From: Kondoa subrosea
Lineage: Eukaryota
Assembly: GCA_039545335.1 (NCBI GenBank)
Contig: BCIN01000002.1
Span: 1,315,118 to 1,379,117, forward strand
DNA: 64,000 nucleotides
Reading direction: 5' to 3'
Shown: piece by piece, positions 13,260-26,478 of the stretch
Layout: every line of letters begins with the position of its first letter
Numbering within the stretch: the first letter of the stretch is position 1
Made by a program: the position numbers and the translations under genes
The notes under the pieces: model-generated
Told to the model about the DNA's origin: nothing
The model's database searches: none
Seen by the model: the letters and a program-made list of their open reading frames with translations, nothing else

Positions 13260-13821
13260 ATGTCACAATATAGCGAGAAGACCTTCGTCCAGGCTCAACC
13301 CAGCGCAAGCCCTCTTCTGGCTTCTATCCGTATCTTACAAGTCATCCTCTGCACTGTCACCCTTGCTGCTGCAGCAATGTCTCTCGACAGAAGCATGGTC
13401 TCAAAGAAATCGTTTTCCGAGCAAGGTATGCTTATCGCCAGTGTAAGTCTTTGCTACAGTACTTGATGTACGAGCATCTGATCCAATTCTGTAAACATCT
13501 ATAGCCTTCATTGTTCTTTGCGTCCATTTCTGGAAAGCTCAAGTCGGTTCTTTCGCCTACAAAAGTCAAGCCTTCCTGGACATTATCGCTTCCATCTTCT
13601 TACTTATCGCCTTCATTCTCGCTTCAGTCCGAGTTGGTCAAGGAGAAGGAAGTTGCAGCGGACCAGCCAAAGTCGGTGTTTTTGATAATCGTCGTGCTTG
13701 TCGTAAGACTGAAGCGGGTGCGATCCTCAGTGCTTTCAATTGGCTCACTTTTGTCTTGACTGGTATCATGGCTTTCCGGCAAACTGGTGATAAACAGCTC
13801 CGACAGATTTCTTCTGCTTGA
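13260..13821 (+). CDS. MARVEL-like four-helix membrane protein
   Basis: Two exons; IRILQVIL first helix, FLDIIASIFLLIAF, C...C loop, CRKTEAGAILSAFNWLTF; stop TGA 13819-13821. Confidence 0.7.
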
Positions 13822-14227
13822 TCGGCGGTCGATGGTGATGAAGTGGATGTAAGTCGCTTCTGAGGCAGCTGCACTCTAGTGCTCATAGAATCTTACAGGA
13901 CATGACTTGATCGAGAAGAAGGGTGACTACAGTATCGAGCTCGGCGGGTTTTACTATGCATTACTTAGCTCTGAATGGATATCTTTGTACTAGCTATCTC
14001 CTGCTGCTGCTCTTGACAAATTCTCCACATTATCGGGCGAGTCTCGCCACACACACCCCTGACTTTGATTCTGTTGCCCCAGATTTAGACCATTTCTTGC
14101 TTGCTCCGCAACCTTCACTTCAGGCTATCACGGCTTTGACATATACAAAGTAGGTCACCAACATCAACAAGCCTAGCCAGCTAATCAGCGGAGGCAGCCA
14201 ATAGTTTCCCTTCCAATAACAATTCAC

Positions 14228-17200
14228 ATGTCTACAAGTTCGCATCCTCGCGTTATTGTAAGCCCATCTCCCGCAATCTAAGGCCTTGGCTGACGCTTCT
14301 CAGGTCGTTGGAGGTGGTCTTGCTGGTCTCTCAGCTGCTCATACTCTATATCAACGCGGAAGCAGGTCTGTTTGATTATTTCAGGGGCTTACAGTAAGGA
14401 ATCAGACTGAATGGACTATTAGCGTGTTGCACTTGGATAAGAATGGTTATCATGGAGGCAACTCAACTAAAGCTACTAGTGGTATCAATGGAGCTGGCAC
14501 TAGAACTCAAATGGAACAGGGCATAGCTGATTCTAAAGCTAAATTCTTTGAAGACACAAAGAAGTCTGCTCGAGATTTGGCAAGAGATGATCTCATTCAT
14601 GTTCTTACTGGCAAATCAGGAGAAGCAGTCGGTAAATGCCTTGTATACCTGAAGTGCGATCAGATGTTGACTTCACTGTGTACATTAGATTGGTTGGCTG
14701 ACTCTTTTGGCCTCAAGATGGCAAAGCTCGGAAGATTAGGTGGTCACTCTTTCCCCAGAACTCACAGAGGAACTGCTCAATTCCCGTTTGTCTTTCTTCT
14801 GTATTGTTTCCCGGTCTGTTTGCCGATAAAGCTCTTTGCGTAGAGGAATGGAAATCACCTATGCTTTGATGGAGAAGCTTGAAGATATCGCTGAAGCTGA
14901 CGAAAAGCGCATGGAGATCTTGAAAAAAGCTGATGTCAAGGAACTGATCTTCGAGAATGGCGCCGTTACTGGTTGCAAGTATATGTACCAAGGAGAAATG
15001 CGTACCGCTATCGGTCCCGTCGTACTAGCGTAAGATCAGAACCTCTTTGGCTTTGGCTCAGACTTAAGTATTTTGTGCTTAGAACTGGAGGCTATGCAGC
15101 TGATTTCGCAAAGGATGGTCTTCTCGCTAAACATGTTCGTTGCTCCTATTTCCATAGTCTCTTATTGATGTTGATGCTGTCTGTTAACACAGAGACCCGA
15201 TACTCTTCCTCTCAGTACTACAAACGGAGAACATTGTACTGGTGATGGCTTGAAGATGCTCATGAAGATCGGCGGACGTGGTATCGATCTAGACAAAGTA
15301 CAAGTTCATCCTACTGGTCTGGTCGATCCTAAAGAACCAGATGCAAAGACCAAGTTCTTGGCTGCTGAAGCTTTGCGAGGAGCTGGTGGTTTGCTTTTGA
15401 CTAATGAAGGTAACCGATTCTGCGATGAATTGGGTCACAGGTAAGTGTCCTTAAACCATCAGTTGTACTGTCTAATCACTTGCTGCTATTCGACAGAGAT
15501 TATGTGACTGGAAGGTACAGCTTGGTCTTTCCTCTGAAGTAACTGGAGCTGATATAGCCTCGATCTTCAGAATGTGGGAAGAGAACAAGTTCCCTGTTCG
15601 CCTGATCCTGAACGAAAAGTCTTCAAAAGATATCGAGTGAGTGTGACACTCACTTTATTTGTCTTACATCGCTTATACAACGATTCAGGTGGCATTGCAA
15701 GCACTACACCGGTAGAGGTCTAATGAAGAAGATCAAAGGCTTCAAAGGCTTGAGTGAAGAAATGGGCCTGTCCGAATCAAAGATTGAAAGCGTCTTCGAC
15801 GACTATGCCCAAATCGCTCAAGGAAAGATAAAGGATCCGTTTGGAAAGAAGTTCTTGTGTGTTTCTACTATAACTTGAGGCTAATCGATGCATGCTGACT
15901 TTGCTATTTGATCAGTGACAACGTGTGTTTGCCAAGTTTGTATCGTCGAGCGTTCCTCATTCTCTTGATAGTGGGAAACTACTCCTGAAGATACATTCTA
16001 TGTTGCTTGGATGGTACGTCAATGTTGACCAGGGCGGCTCTGACTATTTGCTTATCTTCTGCATGAATAGGAACCTGTACTCCAGTGAGCCTCTTTTACC
16101 TTAAATTTATACTCTGTTTGACTGAATCCATTCTCAGTTACACCATGGGAGGTGTAGAGATTGACACAGACTCTCGGGTCATCAATACCGAAGGCAAAGT
16201 CATTGTACGTCAACCGATCTAATGTTGCTCTTTCCTCGAAGCTAATGTGACCCCTCTTTAGCCAGGTGTATGGGCCTGCGGTGAAATGGGAGGAGGTCAG
16301 TTGCAGTTCTGTAGCGCTGTTCAAAGGCTGACAACCATTTGCAGGTGTTCACGGTGCTAACAGACTGTAAGTCAGAGCGCCATTTTCTTAAGTCCAGCGC
16401 TCAAATAGTTTCAAGGGGTGGCTCTTCTTTGCTTGGATGGTAAATTTTCTCTTGTCCAAACGTATTGCCCCCAGCTAATCTCTCTTCTTAGTGTTGTCTT
16501 CGGAAGACAAGCTGGTGACAGCGCTGCAGCCTACTTGATGGGACAAATGAGCTCCGGCGCTATTGGATCAAGCGGTTCTCAGGCTCAAGAACGTCTGACA
16601 CAAGTCGCCAACCACCTGGAAACCAAGATTCGCATCGATCCCGATGCCCAGAAAGTCTTCCTCGAGTTCTCTTGGGCTGGTCAAGGTCAAGGCGGTTCTT
16701 CTTCTTCTACAGTCACTTCCAGTTCTGGCTCTTCTGCTGATAAACGCGATACTACACCGCCACCAAGCGAAACTGACAAGAAAATGGAAGCAGTCCACGG
16801 AAGCTACGAAGATCTACCTAAAGAAAAGGAACTGAAGTCTTACACCTTAGAGGAAGTAGCTAAACATACCGCAAAGGGAGATGTGAGAATTTCTAAGCAC
16901 CGGTCAAGTGTTGTCGCTGATTTCTGAGTAGATGTGGGTCGCCGTCAATGGGCAAGTTCTCAACGTTACCAACTTCCTCGGCGATCGTGAGTCTTGACTT
17001 TGTTACCCTTTCACTCTTCCAGATGCTGAGTTGTCTATGCAGACCCTGGTGGAAGCAAAGCTATCGAGGTTGGTGCTCTTTCAAATCTTCTTTGCTAGAG
17101 CTAATCTAAGGTCGTCATCGCAGCTGTATGCCGGTAAAGATGCTACAGAAGAGTTCAACATGCTTCACGATCCTAAAGGTGTGTCAGGGCGACGCTACTT

Positions 17201-17333
17201 GTTTCGCTAGACTGACCTGTTTCTCAGTTGTTGCCAAATATGCTGCTGATACCAGTGAGTTCCCTAGCTTCATCAATGGGCGCGGAGCTGATCTCGTGCA
17301 ACTTTCTTAGTCATTGGCACCTTAGCGCAATAA
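14228..17333 (+). CDS. Soluble fumarate reductase (flavocytochrome c / FAD_binding_2, OSM1/FRD1-like) fused to a C-terminal cytochrome b5 domain
   Basis: VVGGGLAGLSAAH, GGNSTKATSGING, VQVHPTGLVDP, LAAEALRGAGG, PVLHYTMGG, GVHGANRL; b5 motifs YTLEEVAKH, HPGG, AGKDATEEF. Confidence 0.93.
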
Positions 17334-17648
17334 ACAGACCACACATGTAGCTAGGACTCGAGATCGTTTCTTCTTCTTCTTCTATTAGCATGGTATACAC
17401 CATATGTACTCTTCTTGCATTGTAGTGTTGTTCTAACATCGGCCTATTTGTCTCTATCGACGCCCGAAGAAGTGACTGCCTATATATAAGCCCTTCAGTG
17501 AAGCTACATTGTCGTAAATAATGTCCTTTTTTACATCAATCATATGCATGTGTGATTGTCCTTGTTTATTGTCCGTTTCGTCACTCAACCACTCTCCAAA
17601 CCCAAACCCCTCTTTCAACATGAATCCCATTGACACCCGTCCTTTCCC

Positions 17649-18839
17649 TTACGCGCCAGCGACTGCGGGATATAGCTGCATTGCTTCTTGCTGTATCTGA
17701 GCAATACACTAAGCATTTCGACAATTGAATGAAAATAGGGCATACCTCTTGTTGATCCAATGTATGTCGACTTTCGAAATGCCTTGTCAGATCGAACTTT
17801 CTCGCAAATGCTTTAGAACAGTGAGAACATTCACTGTTGGGGAAAATCATTAGCATTGGTTACTACTCAGAATTGTAGAATGAGACGTACTATGGCTTGA
17901 TTTTTAGATGTTTTGCGGAAACATGAGATTTCAAATTATATTTCCTGGCGAAGGATTGATCACAGTATTCGCAAGACCATTTCTTGCTCGGAGAAGAGGA
18001 GGAAGAGGAAAGCGAGTCGGAATTACTTGCGATAGTGGAAATGCTGCTTGATCTACTTCTTGATCCTGAAGTACTAGCTTTCCCGACAAGACTTGGTTGT
18101 TCCACGGTCGAGAATGATTGTAGAGCAGAAGAAGTATCAGGAGCGAAGGTATAGGCTGGCAGAGAAGGAGAAGAATTGCAAAGAGTCGAGAACTCTGCCT
18201 GGGTTTTCTCGGATACGAAAGTGGCGTCGAAAGACTGGAATTCAGCAGCCGACTTCTGGTCTGTGCTCGGAGGTAGAGAGAAGTCGAAACAGGGTGCTGT
18301 TGGCGTCTTGATATCTGAGCCACCGTAGAAAGGCATTTGCAGCTTTGAACATATAGAAGTCAGCAAAATTGTCCATATACACAACGGATAGGTCTAGAAC
18401 TCACTGATGTATCTATACCGCTCATGTCAAGCCGCCGCTGGTTGCAATCCTCATCGCAAGCGAAAGTCGTCAAATCCATTGGATTGACGTAGGATTGATC
18501 TATCGCTTGCTCATAGTATCCGCTCGTATCCGCTTGCGAATATCCATTCATGTCTTGATCATAATAACCCGAGGATCCCGAAGAAGGCAGATAAGCAGAT
18601 GAAGCCGCATTGTAATAGGCCATCCAATAAGCAGCTCCTTCTGGGTCAACGAGTGTGTAGCTGTTCCAGTAGGCCTGACTATCTTGATAAGCTTGCTGGT
18701 AGGCAAGTTCCTGCTGGTAGGAGTAGTATGCTTCTTGCGCTTGATCTTGATATTGCGCAGCACTTGTGGGTGTATGATTTCGTGAAGAGCTGGGAGGAAG
18801 ATCTGTCGAGATCCGCATACCTCTAGATGGTCGTGGCAT
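17649..18839 (-). CDS. C2H2 zinc-finger transcription factor (copy 1, two fingers)
   Basis: WSCEYCDQSFARKYNLKSHVSAKH and ECSHCSKAFARKFDLTRHFESRH after a Tyr/Gln/Ser-rich N-terminus. Confidence 0.85.
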
Positions 18840-19437
18840 GCTGACAAGCCTCTAAGCAAAGGCCGAGGAAGTAGAGGCGAGCGGAAGAGGAGTGCCCACT
18901 TCCAAGACAAATGAAAAGGAAAAAAAATGTATTTCTGGCAGAGTCGAGCTTGAATTTGATCGGAAGCGGAGGAGGTATAGGAGAGAAAAATTAAGAGGCG
19001 GTACAGCGGCAATTCGGTCCAAAGTGTGCAAGGCTCGTTGCAGAAGACAAGACATTCACAAGTCCAGACCTTATTAATTACGTGACGGGAGTCGCATCTC
19101 GACGAGCCACACCTCACAATACCAGGTGTATCTTATACTGCAACATCTGAGTTTTTCAAGCCAAAGTATATACAAGTGAAAATAGCCAAAGTATTGGTAC
19201 AAACGAAGGTTCAAGCGGTATGCACATTCTGCTGCCTTCATTGCTTCAATCGATTTTTGTCTTCTTCTTGTTTGCTGTACATTTTGATAGCCAGGACCTG
19301 CCTGATTTGCTGCTTTTCTTCTTCTTTGAACTTCCGCAGATTGAGATCCAGCTTCGACAGCGTTTGCTGATGAGCTCCCTGATTATCAAACATCAAATGA
19401 GCAACAAGAATACAAGGCGGTAAAGGTTTACTCACGA

Positions 19438-20776
19438 TCAACCAGTCTTTTTGAATTCCTTCTTGGTGAAACGGCTTGGACCAGATTCTGCACATTTCTG
19501 CAACATGAACACCGTTTCAGCATACTTCGACAGGGACAGCAATGAATGCACTCACATCTCCTTTGCAACGCTTTCCGAGGATGCAATGCCTATCTCTATC
19601 GTTCTTGCGCTTGAAACGGCGAGTGCAAGTCCAACTAGGGCTAACCGCAATAGTCGTCAGAACTTACAGGCCCTTCACGAGCGAGAATAAGCAACACACA
19701 AAGGTCTGTAATCCAAATGAATGTCATTGTAATGAGAAACGACATTGTTCGATCTTGACTTCTTCTTGTAATTACAATTCTTGTACGCGCAGCTGAACGA
19801 CCCATCTTTACCAACCTTGACTTTTTCATCTCTTCTCACCGATCCTTTATACTTGATTTCATCTTCTCGAGCAGGTGAAGGTGAGATTCGATAAGCTAGC
19901 AATTCATCCTCTTCCGATTCTTGCTTAGCTGGTTTAGACTCTTCATCTTCTTCCATCTTGGGCTCAGGTGATGAAGCAAGAGAAGATAGGGGTGAAGGAG
20001 AAGGGGACCTGAATGGCGAAGGGGAAGGTGAATCGGTCAATTCTGTTAGAGGACTGCTCCATCGGCGTTCTCTTTCTGCTTCAACGAGTTCTGGTGCAGG
20101 TGAAGAGCTGATGTAAATCTCAGAATGAGAAGTGACTTGAGACCCGGGAAGACCACTATTCTGTTGATCGATTTGCATGAGCTCTTCGTTGGTTGGCTTG
20201 ATATCGACAGAGGGTGATCTGAGCCAGTCATAGCAAGCAGAGGGTTGAAAGTCTGAATCGACTTCAAAGTCGCCGTCTTCCTGTTCGATGAGTGCCTGTT
20301 GTATTGGCTCGAAAGGAGGCAGAGGTGGATAAAACTCGTTCACGAATTGGTGAGGTTGAGAGTCCTGCAGTACTAATTAGCTTCAGTCCGGGCTGTTGAG
20401 GATGACTTACCTCTTCATGATTATACACCAAAGCATGAGCTATGATCCTGTCTAGCTCTGTGTAGTTTTGCGCAGTGTAGTAGCAATATTCTTGACCAGC
20501 AGAATGGCATTCAATTTCGCCTGGTACTATGCTCATCAGGTGGGTAGTTGAGGCGAAGTAGGCTTGTGGTGTACTGTAATTCTCAGCCGAGTCTGACGAA
20601 TCATAACCAAAGCTGAGCGGCTCATGCAAAGACGCCAAAGCTGATGCTGCAGACACCTCAGATCGGTCGGCAGAAGTGAGAGTATAAGAGTTTGGTTTGC
20701 TGGACCAGCCTAGCGTAGAATGAGTTGTTTGTGCAGTTGGCGCCCAGCGAAATTGCTGAAAGTAAGAAGACGACAT
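19438..20776 (-). CDS. C2H2 zinc-finger protein (copy 2); 3' end uncertain
   Basis: FSCAYKNCNYKKKSRSNNVVSHYNDIH, then linker YRPF and a second, degenerate finger; acidic Ser/Pro-rich N-terminus. Confidence 0.7.
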
Positions 20777-21617
20777 GATTGACAGGCACGATGAGGAGCA
20801 CGTTGAGATGTAGGCGTTTAGCACTGAATGGCAATCAGTGATTAATCGAGTAAAGCATACATCAGAATGGCCTACATCAGACAACCGGCCAACAAGTAGA
20901 ATGAAGGCAAAAGAGTAGGTTGCAGAACGAGAGAGAGAGAGGGAAAAATCATAGAGGATAGCAGCTGGACAGCACAGATCACCAAATTAAGGTTCAAGAA
21001 TCCAAGAATCCAAGAATCGTTTCATTGATGTATGCCGACATCTAGAGACAAGTCTGCGGGCGCAGATAGCTCTGCAATACTCAGTAAATCGCCATGACGC
21101 AGCACAGGGCAAACATCCGTGTACTCTTTGTCGACTTGATTTGATTGTGCAAAAAAACATACTTGAAAGAAGAGAAGGTCTTCTCAAGCAAAAGTTCTGA
21201 TGATTCATGGCATCATGCCATCCGCGTTCATAGCTTGAGAGGTTATGCTTCCTCTGTGGACATAATGGATGAAGAGGAGAGGAGAAGCACTTGCAAATGG
21301 ACGATTTGATCATAGAAGTACAAATCTGGTTGCGAACATTAAGCCAACTAAAAGCATGGGCGATATGAAGCTTAAGGCATGGCGTGGTAGTATCAACATA
21401 GCATAGCATAGCATAAAATATCTTTAGAAGAGCCCTGAGACATGCGAAAAGTCATTACAATATAGCTCAACTAATAGGACGAAACTCACGTTTCATGTAT
21501 GTATAAAAAGACAGGTGAGGGTGGACTTTAGACCGAGAACACGGAGAGGGAAGATGTAGCAATCTTGAACGTAGTAGCCAGATGAGCTGGAAGCATAGGT
21601 ATCAGTGAAGCGCTCGT

Positions 21618-22811
21618 TTAGATGGTAAGGCCAGTAAGATCCATCAACTTGGACGACTCTTTAGATTGAAGCTGGAAGTGCCGGAGACCAGGAGGTATAC
21701 AGCGTGATGCATCTAAATGACCTCAGCCTATACTCCGTACAAGCAGCTTGCTCAGCTCACCGCTATATTGGATCTTCTCTCCTCCTCTTGGTTTATTGCG
21801 TCCATACTTTTCGTCCATCTCCATATTTACCGCCCGATACCAATTTTTACTAGTATTTACGACATAGAATTCACCTTGCGGGGAAGTCTTGAGATGGATT
21901 GACCCGATATGCTTGATGACAGTATTGGCGGAAGCAGCTAAATGACCACATTCGGGGTCAGAACATAGACTAGTTCGTCCATCAGCAATTTTTTACTGCA
22001 TTGCATTGATATTACAGAACTCACAAATGTTTTTTGCCAAGGTGTTTTCCTTCATAATGTATCTTTAACGCTCCCTTCTGAGCATACGACTCCTTGCACC
22101 CTTGCCAATCACATTTGAAACACCCTGTGTTGTTTGTATTCTGACTTGACCTTCTCTTGGACGATGTAGGTTTCCGTGCTTTAGCTGTGAGAGAGTTTTT
22201 CTTCTGGTAGGACGCAGAACTAGAGACAGCTCCACAAGGAATGACCGATCGAGAAGAGAGTTCCCTGACGTTACCAGTCAAAGGCCAAAGAGGATCTACA
22301 GGAGCGTGACTACTGGCAGATGCAGCAGCTTGATGAGAGCTTGAAGAGAGGTAGTCGGCTTGAGAGAAGACGGAGTAAGCTGTACCGCCAGTGGAGCTAT
22401 CGAAGCTGAAATTGGTGAGAACGGAAGAGACAGCTGAGTCTATCGAATAAGTAGATTTTGAGCTGGTTACAGAGCGTTCGACCCCATCCCATGGCGCTTC
22501 TTGTTCGGTGATTACTTGTTCTTCCAGATCATTATGATCGACATCATCTTCGAGGTTAAGATCCCACAACTGGTCCTAATTAGTGACCTGAGGCAACAAA
22601 TGGGAAAGATCGTGCTAACCGGATCAGCTAGCATCATAGCGGCTACAGCTTGAAGGCTCTGATCGACAGACGGTGCAGCTCCTCTTGCAAGGGTCTCATC
22701 ACCATCACGCTCTTCAAGGCAGTACCCAGACGCGGTGTCCGAATATAAATCAGAGAAAAACGAGTTATAGTCGAAAGCTTCATACGCCCCCTCGGTCGGA
22801 CCGTTCGACAT
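21618..22811 (-). CDS. C2H2 zinc-finger protein (copy 3, two fingers)
   Basis: FKCDWQGCKESYAQKGALKIHYEGKH and FLCSDPECGHLAASANTVIKHIGSIH after an acidic Ser-rich region. Confidence 0.8.
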
Positions 22812-23204
22812 CTTGCGCAGAGGAAAAGAGACGACAGAGAAAACACTACGGAACACTATGTACAGGAAGAACGGATAAAGCACACTTTGCTAGGCGTCTC
22901 TCGGCCTGCTTAATGAGAGAACAATTTTGGCTAAGCTATATTACTTTTTGCGATTCCAGATGAGCTGCGGCGAGAGTAAGGTATTAATCGCTGATTGTAA
23001 GCGTAAGACAGAAGAGATAGTAAGCAAAGACAAAGTAACGCTTGCGACTGAAATGACGAGAAGAAAATGAGAAAACGACAGAGAAGCATCATATGGATCA
23101 CTGCAGAGGGTCGCAGAGCACCTTGCAACAAGCCAGAGAACAGATGACGAATTGGCAGAACAAGGTCAACCTGCATCTTCCACTACAACAACAGCAAGCC
23201 AGTC

Positions 23205-24285
23205 ATGCCCGCAGCCGCTGCGTCGAAACCTGCTCTGTCACTCCCTCACATGGGTAAGCGCAAAAGAGAGCCTTACGTGCGTAACGCGAGCTGAAAGATT
23301 TTCGCTTCTTGCAGCTTGGGCAGCAGGTTAGGACTTCTACTAGGCTGGTGCATCACCATCTTATTCTCATCCAGGCCATGTCACTGTCCTGCTTGGCTCT
23401 CTTTACACTTTCTTCAAGCTGGTGACGTTTGGCTCTCCTTCGACTCACATTTATTCCATTGCATACGCCGGGGCTATCTTATCATGGGGAATCGTGATTT
23501 ACAAGGCTTTTGGTGTACCTCAAGTAGGTCTCTTCGCTATCACTCGACTGAGCAAGCTGATCTGCGTATAGCCCAACATGCAATATGTTTCACGTTTCCT
23601 CAATGACGAAAACGGAGAATACCTGCTCCTCGCGCTCTTCTGGTTCTGGAACAAGCCGATATACATCTCTCTTCTACCATTCGCTACTTTCTCACTCTTC
23701 CACACTCGTATGGTCTTTACCTCGCTCGAATTCGATCTGAATTGCTCATGTGAGGTGCTCATACAGTTGGCTTCGTTCGTCAAACGTTCCTACCGCCAGT
23801 GCCGAGTAAGAAACCAGGAGCAGCATCAGTTCCAACAAATGCCAACCCACAATTAGTCAACCTAAGTAAAACAATTCAATCTTGGGTCAAGAAGAATTAC
23901 GATTCAGCAATGATGGTCGTCAGCTATACTGAAGTTCTTTTCGTTTTCCCTTACATTGCTTTGGGAGCGATCTTGTTCCGAAATTCTTTCTTGCTTCCTT
24001 TCGCTTTTGCCAATTTCTTGAGATTGAGATACGCTTTGAGTCCTCAAACGAGAAAAGCGTGAGTATCACTTTAATTACTTGCGCATTGCAGCTTAGTACG
24101 CATGTGATTTTCGCAGATTCACCTACGTTGATCAAAATTGCGTTGGCTACATCCTCAACCATCCTTCAGTGCCGGCACCAGTCAAGCAAGGTGTGCAAAA
24201 AATCAAGAACATTGTAGTAAGGTATGGAGCAGCAGCAACGCGGCAAGTGCCAGCACAAGCGGGAGCACAGGATAGAGCGCGATAG
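23205..24285 (+). CDS. POM33: Pom33/Per33/TMEM33 family ER and nuclear pore membrane protein
   Basis: WAAGHVTVL, SWGIVIYK, RFLNDENGEYLLLALFW, LLPFATFSLFH, ANFLRLRYALSPQTRKAF; stop 24283-24285. Confidence 0.85.
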
Positions 24286-24381
24286 AGAAAACATGGTGCA
24301 TAGCTTTTAATCTACACAAAGTCATCTGCAAAAATATAGAACGGGGATCACTATCCATTTCACTACAGTGATTGCGCGTTT

Positions 24382-26119
24382 CTAATGAGCACCTCCTCTA
24401 GACAATCTACCTTCTTCTCTTGTAGCGTGCGAGTCCAATGATATCCTTCCACTAGTAGCCGCAGGCACAGTCAACCTTATCGTCTGTTGCGGTTGTTGTC
24501 CTTTAGTATGAGCTTGATTCTTATTACTTTTGGCCTTCTTCTTTTTCTGAGCCGCAGCAGCTTCATTACTCGGAGCCACCAAAGTTCCTTCTCTAACAGC
24601 TACAGCATTCGCAGGAGGTAATAAACCAGGCCAAGAACTTCTTGATTCATCCTCTTCTTTACTGCTTCCCACAATGGAAGCATTCCTCATACTTTGTCTA
24701 AGCGAAGGTAAAGAATCAATCAATTGTCTAGGAGTGATTCCAGATTCGTTGATCATATCGACCATAGATTGTAAAAGTGTGTCTGCTTCTTGTTTTTCTG
24801 AAGGACCAGGTTGAGAACTTAAAGAGGAGGAAGAACCGAAATTGGCTTGAGAATGAGCTGCTAAACTTTTTCGAAGTCGATCCCATTGAGCTGTTTGCAA
24901 TGATTTGAGTAAAGAAGCTTGGTAGGAAAGGTTTTGTGTAGCTTGAGATGAAGGGAAAGTTTCGATAAGAGTTTGCAATTCAGAGGAAGAAGAGATGTTG
25001 AGCAGCTGTAATGTAGACTCGTCAATTTCTTCTGTTTTCGATGTAGATTGATGCAGGCGCTGCATCTCATCTTGAATAGTGTAGATGTCCTTCTTTTCGA
25101 ACTCTCGGATTCGTCTTTTTGCATCACGCGCTCGAACAGAATCTTGGTATGAAAGTTGGGCATTTATAGAGTCGTACGTAGGAGCATGAGCGGAATAGGC
25201 ATCGTAGTAGAGGAAAGTGACGGGGTTAGGTGCAGGAGCAGTTCGTTCTTTTGAGGGTTTTGACTTTGAGGTGAAATTCCCTAGTAGTGTGTTTGTCTTG
25301 CCATGCAGCGAGAGCGGCAATTCGTCGGAAAGAGCCACCAGATCAGTATCTTGAACTAGTACGGTTGATCAGCTGGTGATTCAGTTCAGAAAGGTTTGAC
25401 CGACCTTCCGCCAACGCTTTCAGTTCCTCTTGACCGAAGCCTTTGGTGTTCGCACTGGTAAAGACATCTATCTCTCCAGCCAGTACTCTGTGAAGCATTA
25501 CTTTCTGTTCATCCTCTTCCTTCTTCGGTGATAGCAATCCTCTTTTGCCTCTTGATGTCCCAAACTCCAATTCATCTAGTATGCTCAGGATTTGAAAAGC
25601 CCATGAATCTAATTGATTTATTCCTTGTGAATTCGCGTTATGCTGTTTCATTCGAGCTGCGTAATTTTGATTGGCTGCTAAATCTTCTTCTGCCGTCTTC
25701 TCCTCTGTGTTGGTAGAGTTGAAAATCGATGTTGGTAGAGGTGCTAAGGATGAAATGACGCTGGCTTTGATAGAAGAGATAATATTCTGTTTAGGCATTC
25801 AGCTCGCAATCGACATTATGCCGAGAAGAGCCTACCCTAAGCGTATCAAAGGTAGCAGCAGGTGAAGCTTCTAGTGCTTCTTTCAGAGAAGTGTAGACAT
25901 AGTCCGTAGACTGTATAGCATGAGTGAACAGCTCTCTGTCCAACCTGCTTTCTATGCCTCAGCTCAATCTTCACCAGAAATGAGCCACTCACAGCGGTAA
26001 GACGTTCAGCAGTCGTCTGGCCTGTTCATCTGATGGACCAGAAGTATTAAGTGATGCTTCTTCTCGTTTGCGTTTGAGATTGCCAGTCTTGGTCTGAGTT
26101 TCTGTGAAATGAACGGCAT
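24382..26119 (-). CDS. Putative chromatin-remodelling subunit (Rsc58-like, carrying a BRD7/9 DUF3512-like motif)
   Basis: Multi-exon gene; motif VTFLYYDAYSAHAPTYDSINAQLS resembles the YxxFSSFAPxYDS motif of those families; also DVFTSA segment. Confidence 0.5.
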
Positions 26120-26478
26120 GGAAATGAGCTTTCCTGTGCTCGAATATTTGAGACTGAAGGACGGAGAGAGAGCGCGCGGAAGCGAGAGTGTGAGAATTTC
26201 AAAACAGAGCACTTTGCACTCCAATTTCGCGAAACAGGGTCTTTCGCGAGCGAGCACCCGCCGCCCGACTGTCGTGTATATGTCTTCAATCCAAAGCTTA
26301 CCCATTTCAAGCTTCGAACAGTATGACCTCGGCTGTTCCACTGAAACCCTATAGTGTCTCTTTCTAAGACTGCCTCGCTGGATCCTATCACTATTCTGTT
26401 CCTGCTCTCACACGTACACCTCTGTCATCTTCATACCTGTCGGTATTGAGACTTTGCTGCAGGCTTTGTGATCTGCCA

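Noticed and set aside
19152..19437. Extra exon or small gene downstream of C2H2 copy 2
   Set aside because: An intron-like segment is present, but frame and linkage cannot be resolved without transcripts
20928..21415. (GA)n run and (ATAGC)n microsatellite in intergenic DNA
   Set aside because: Short simple repeats with no further structure
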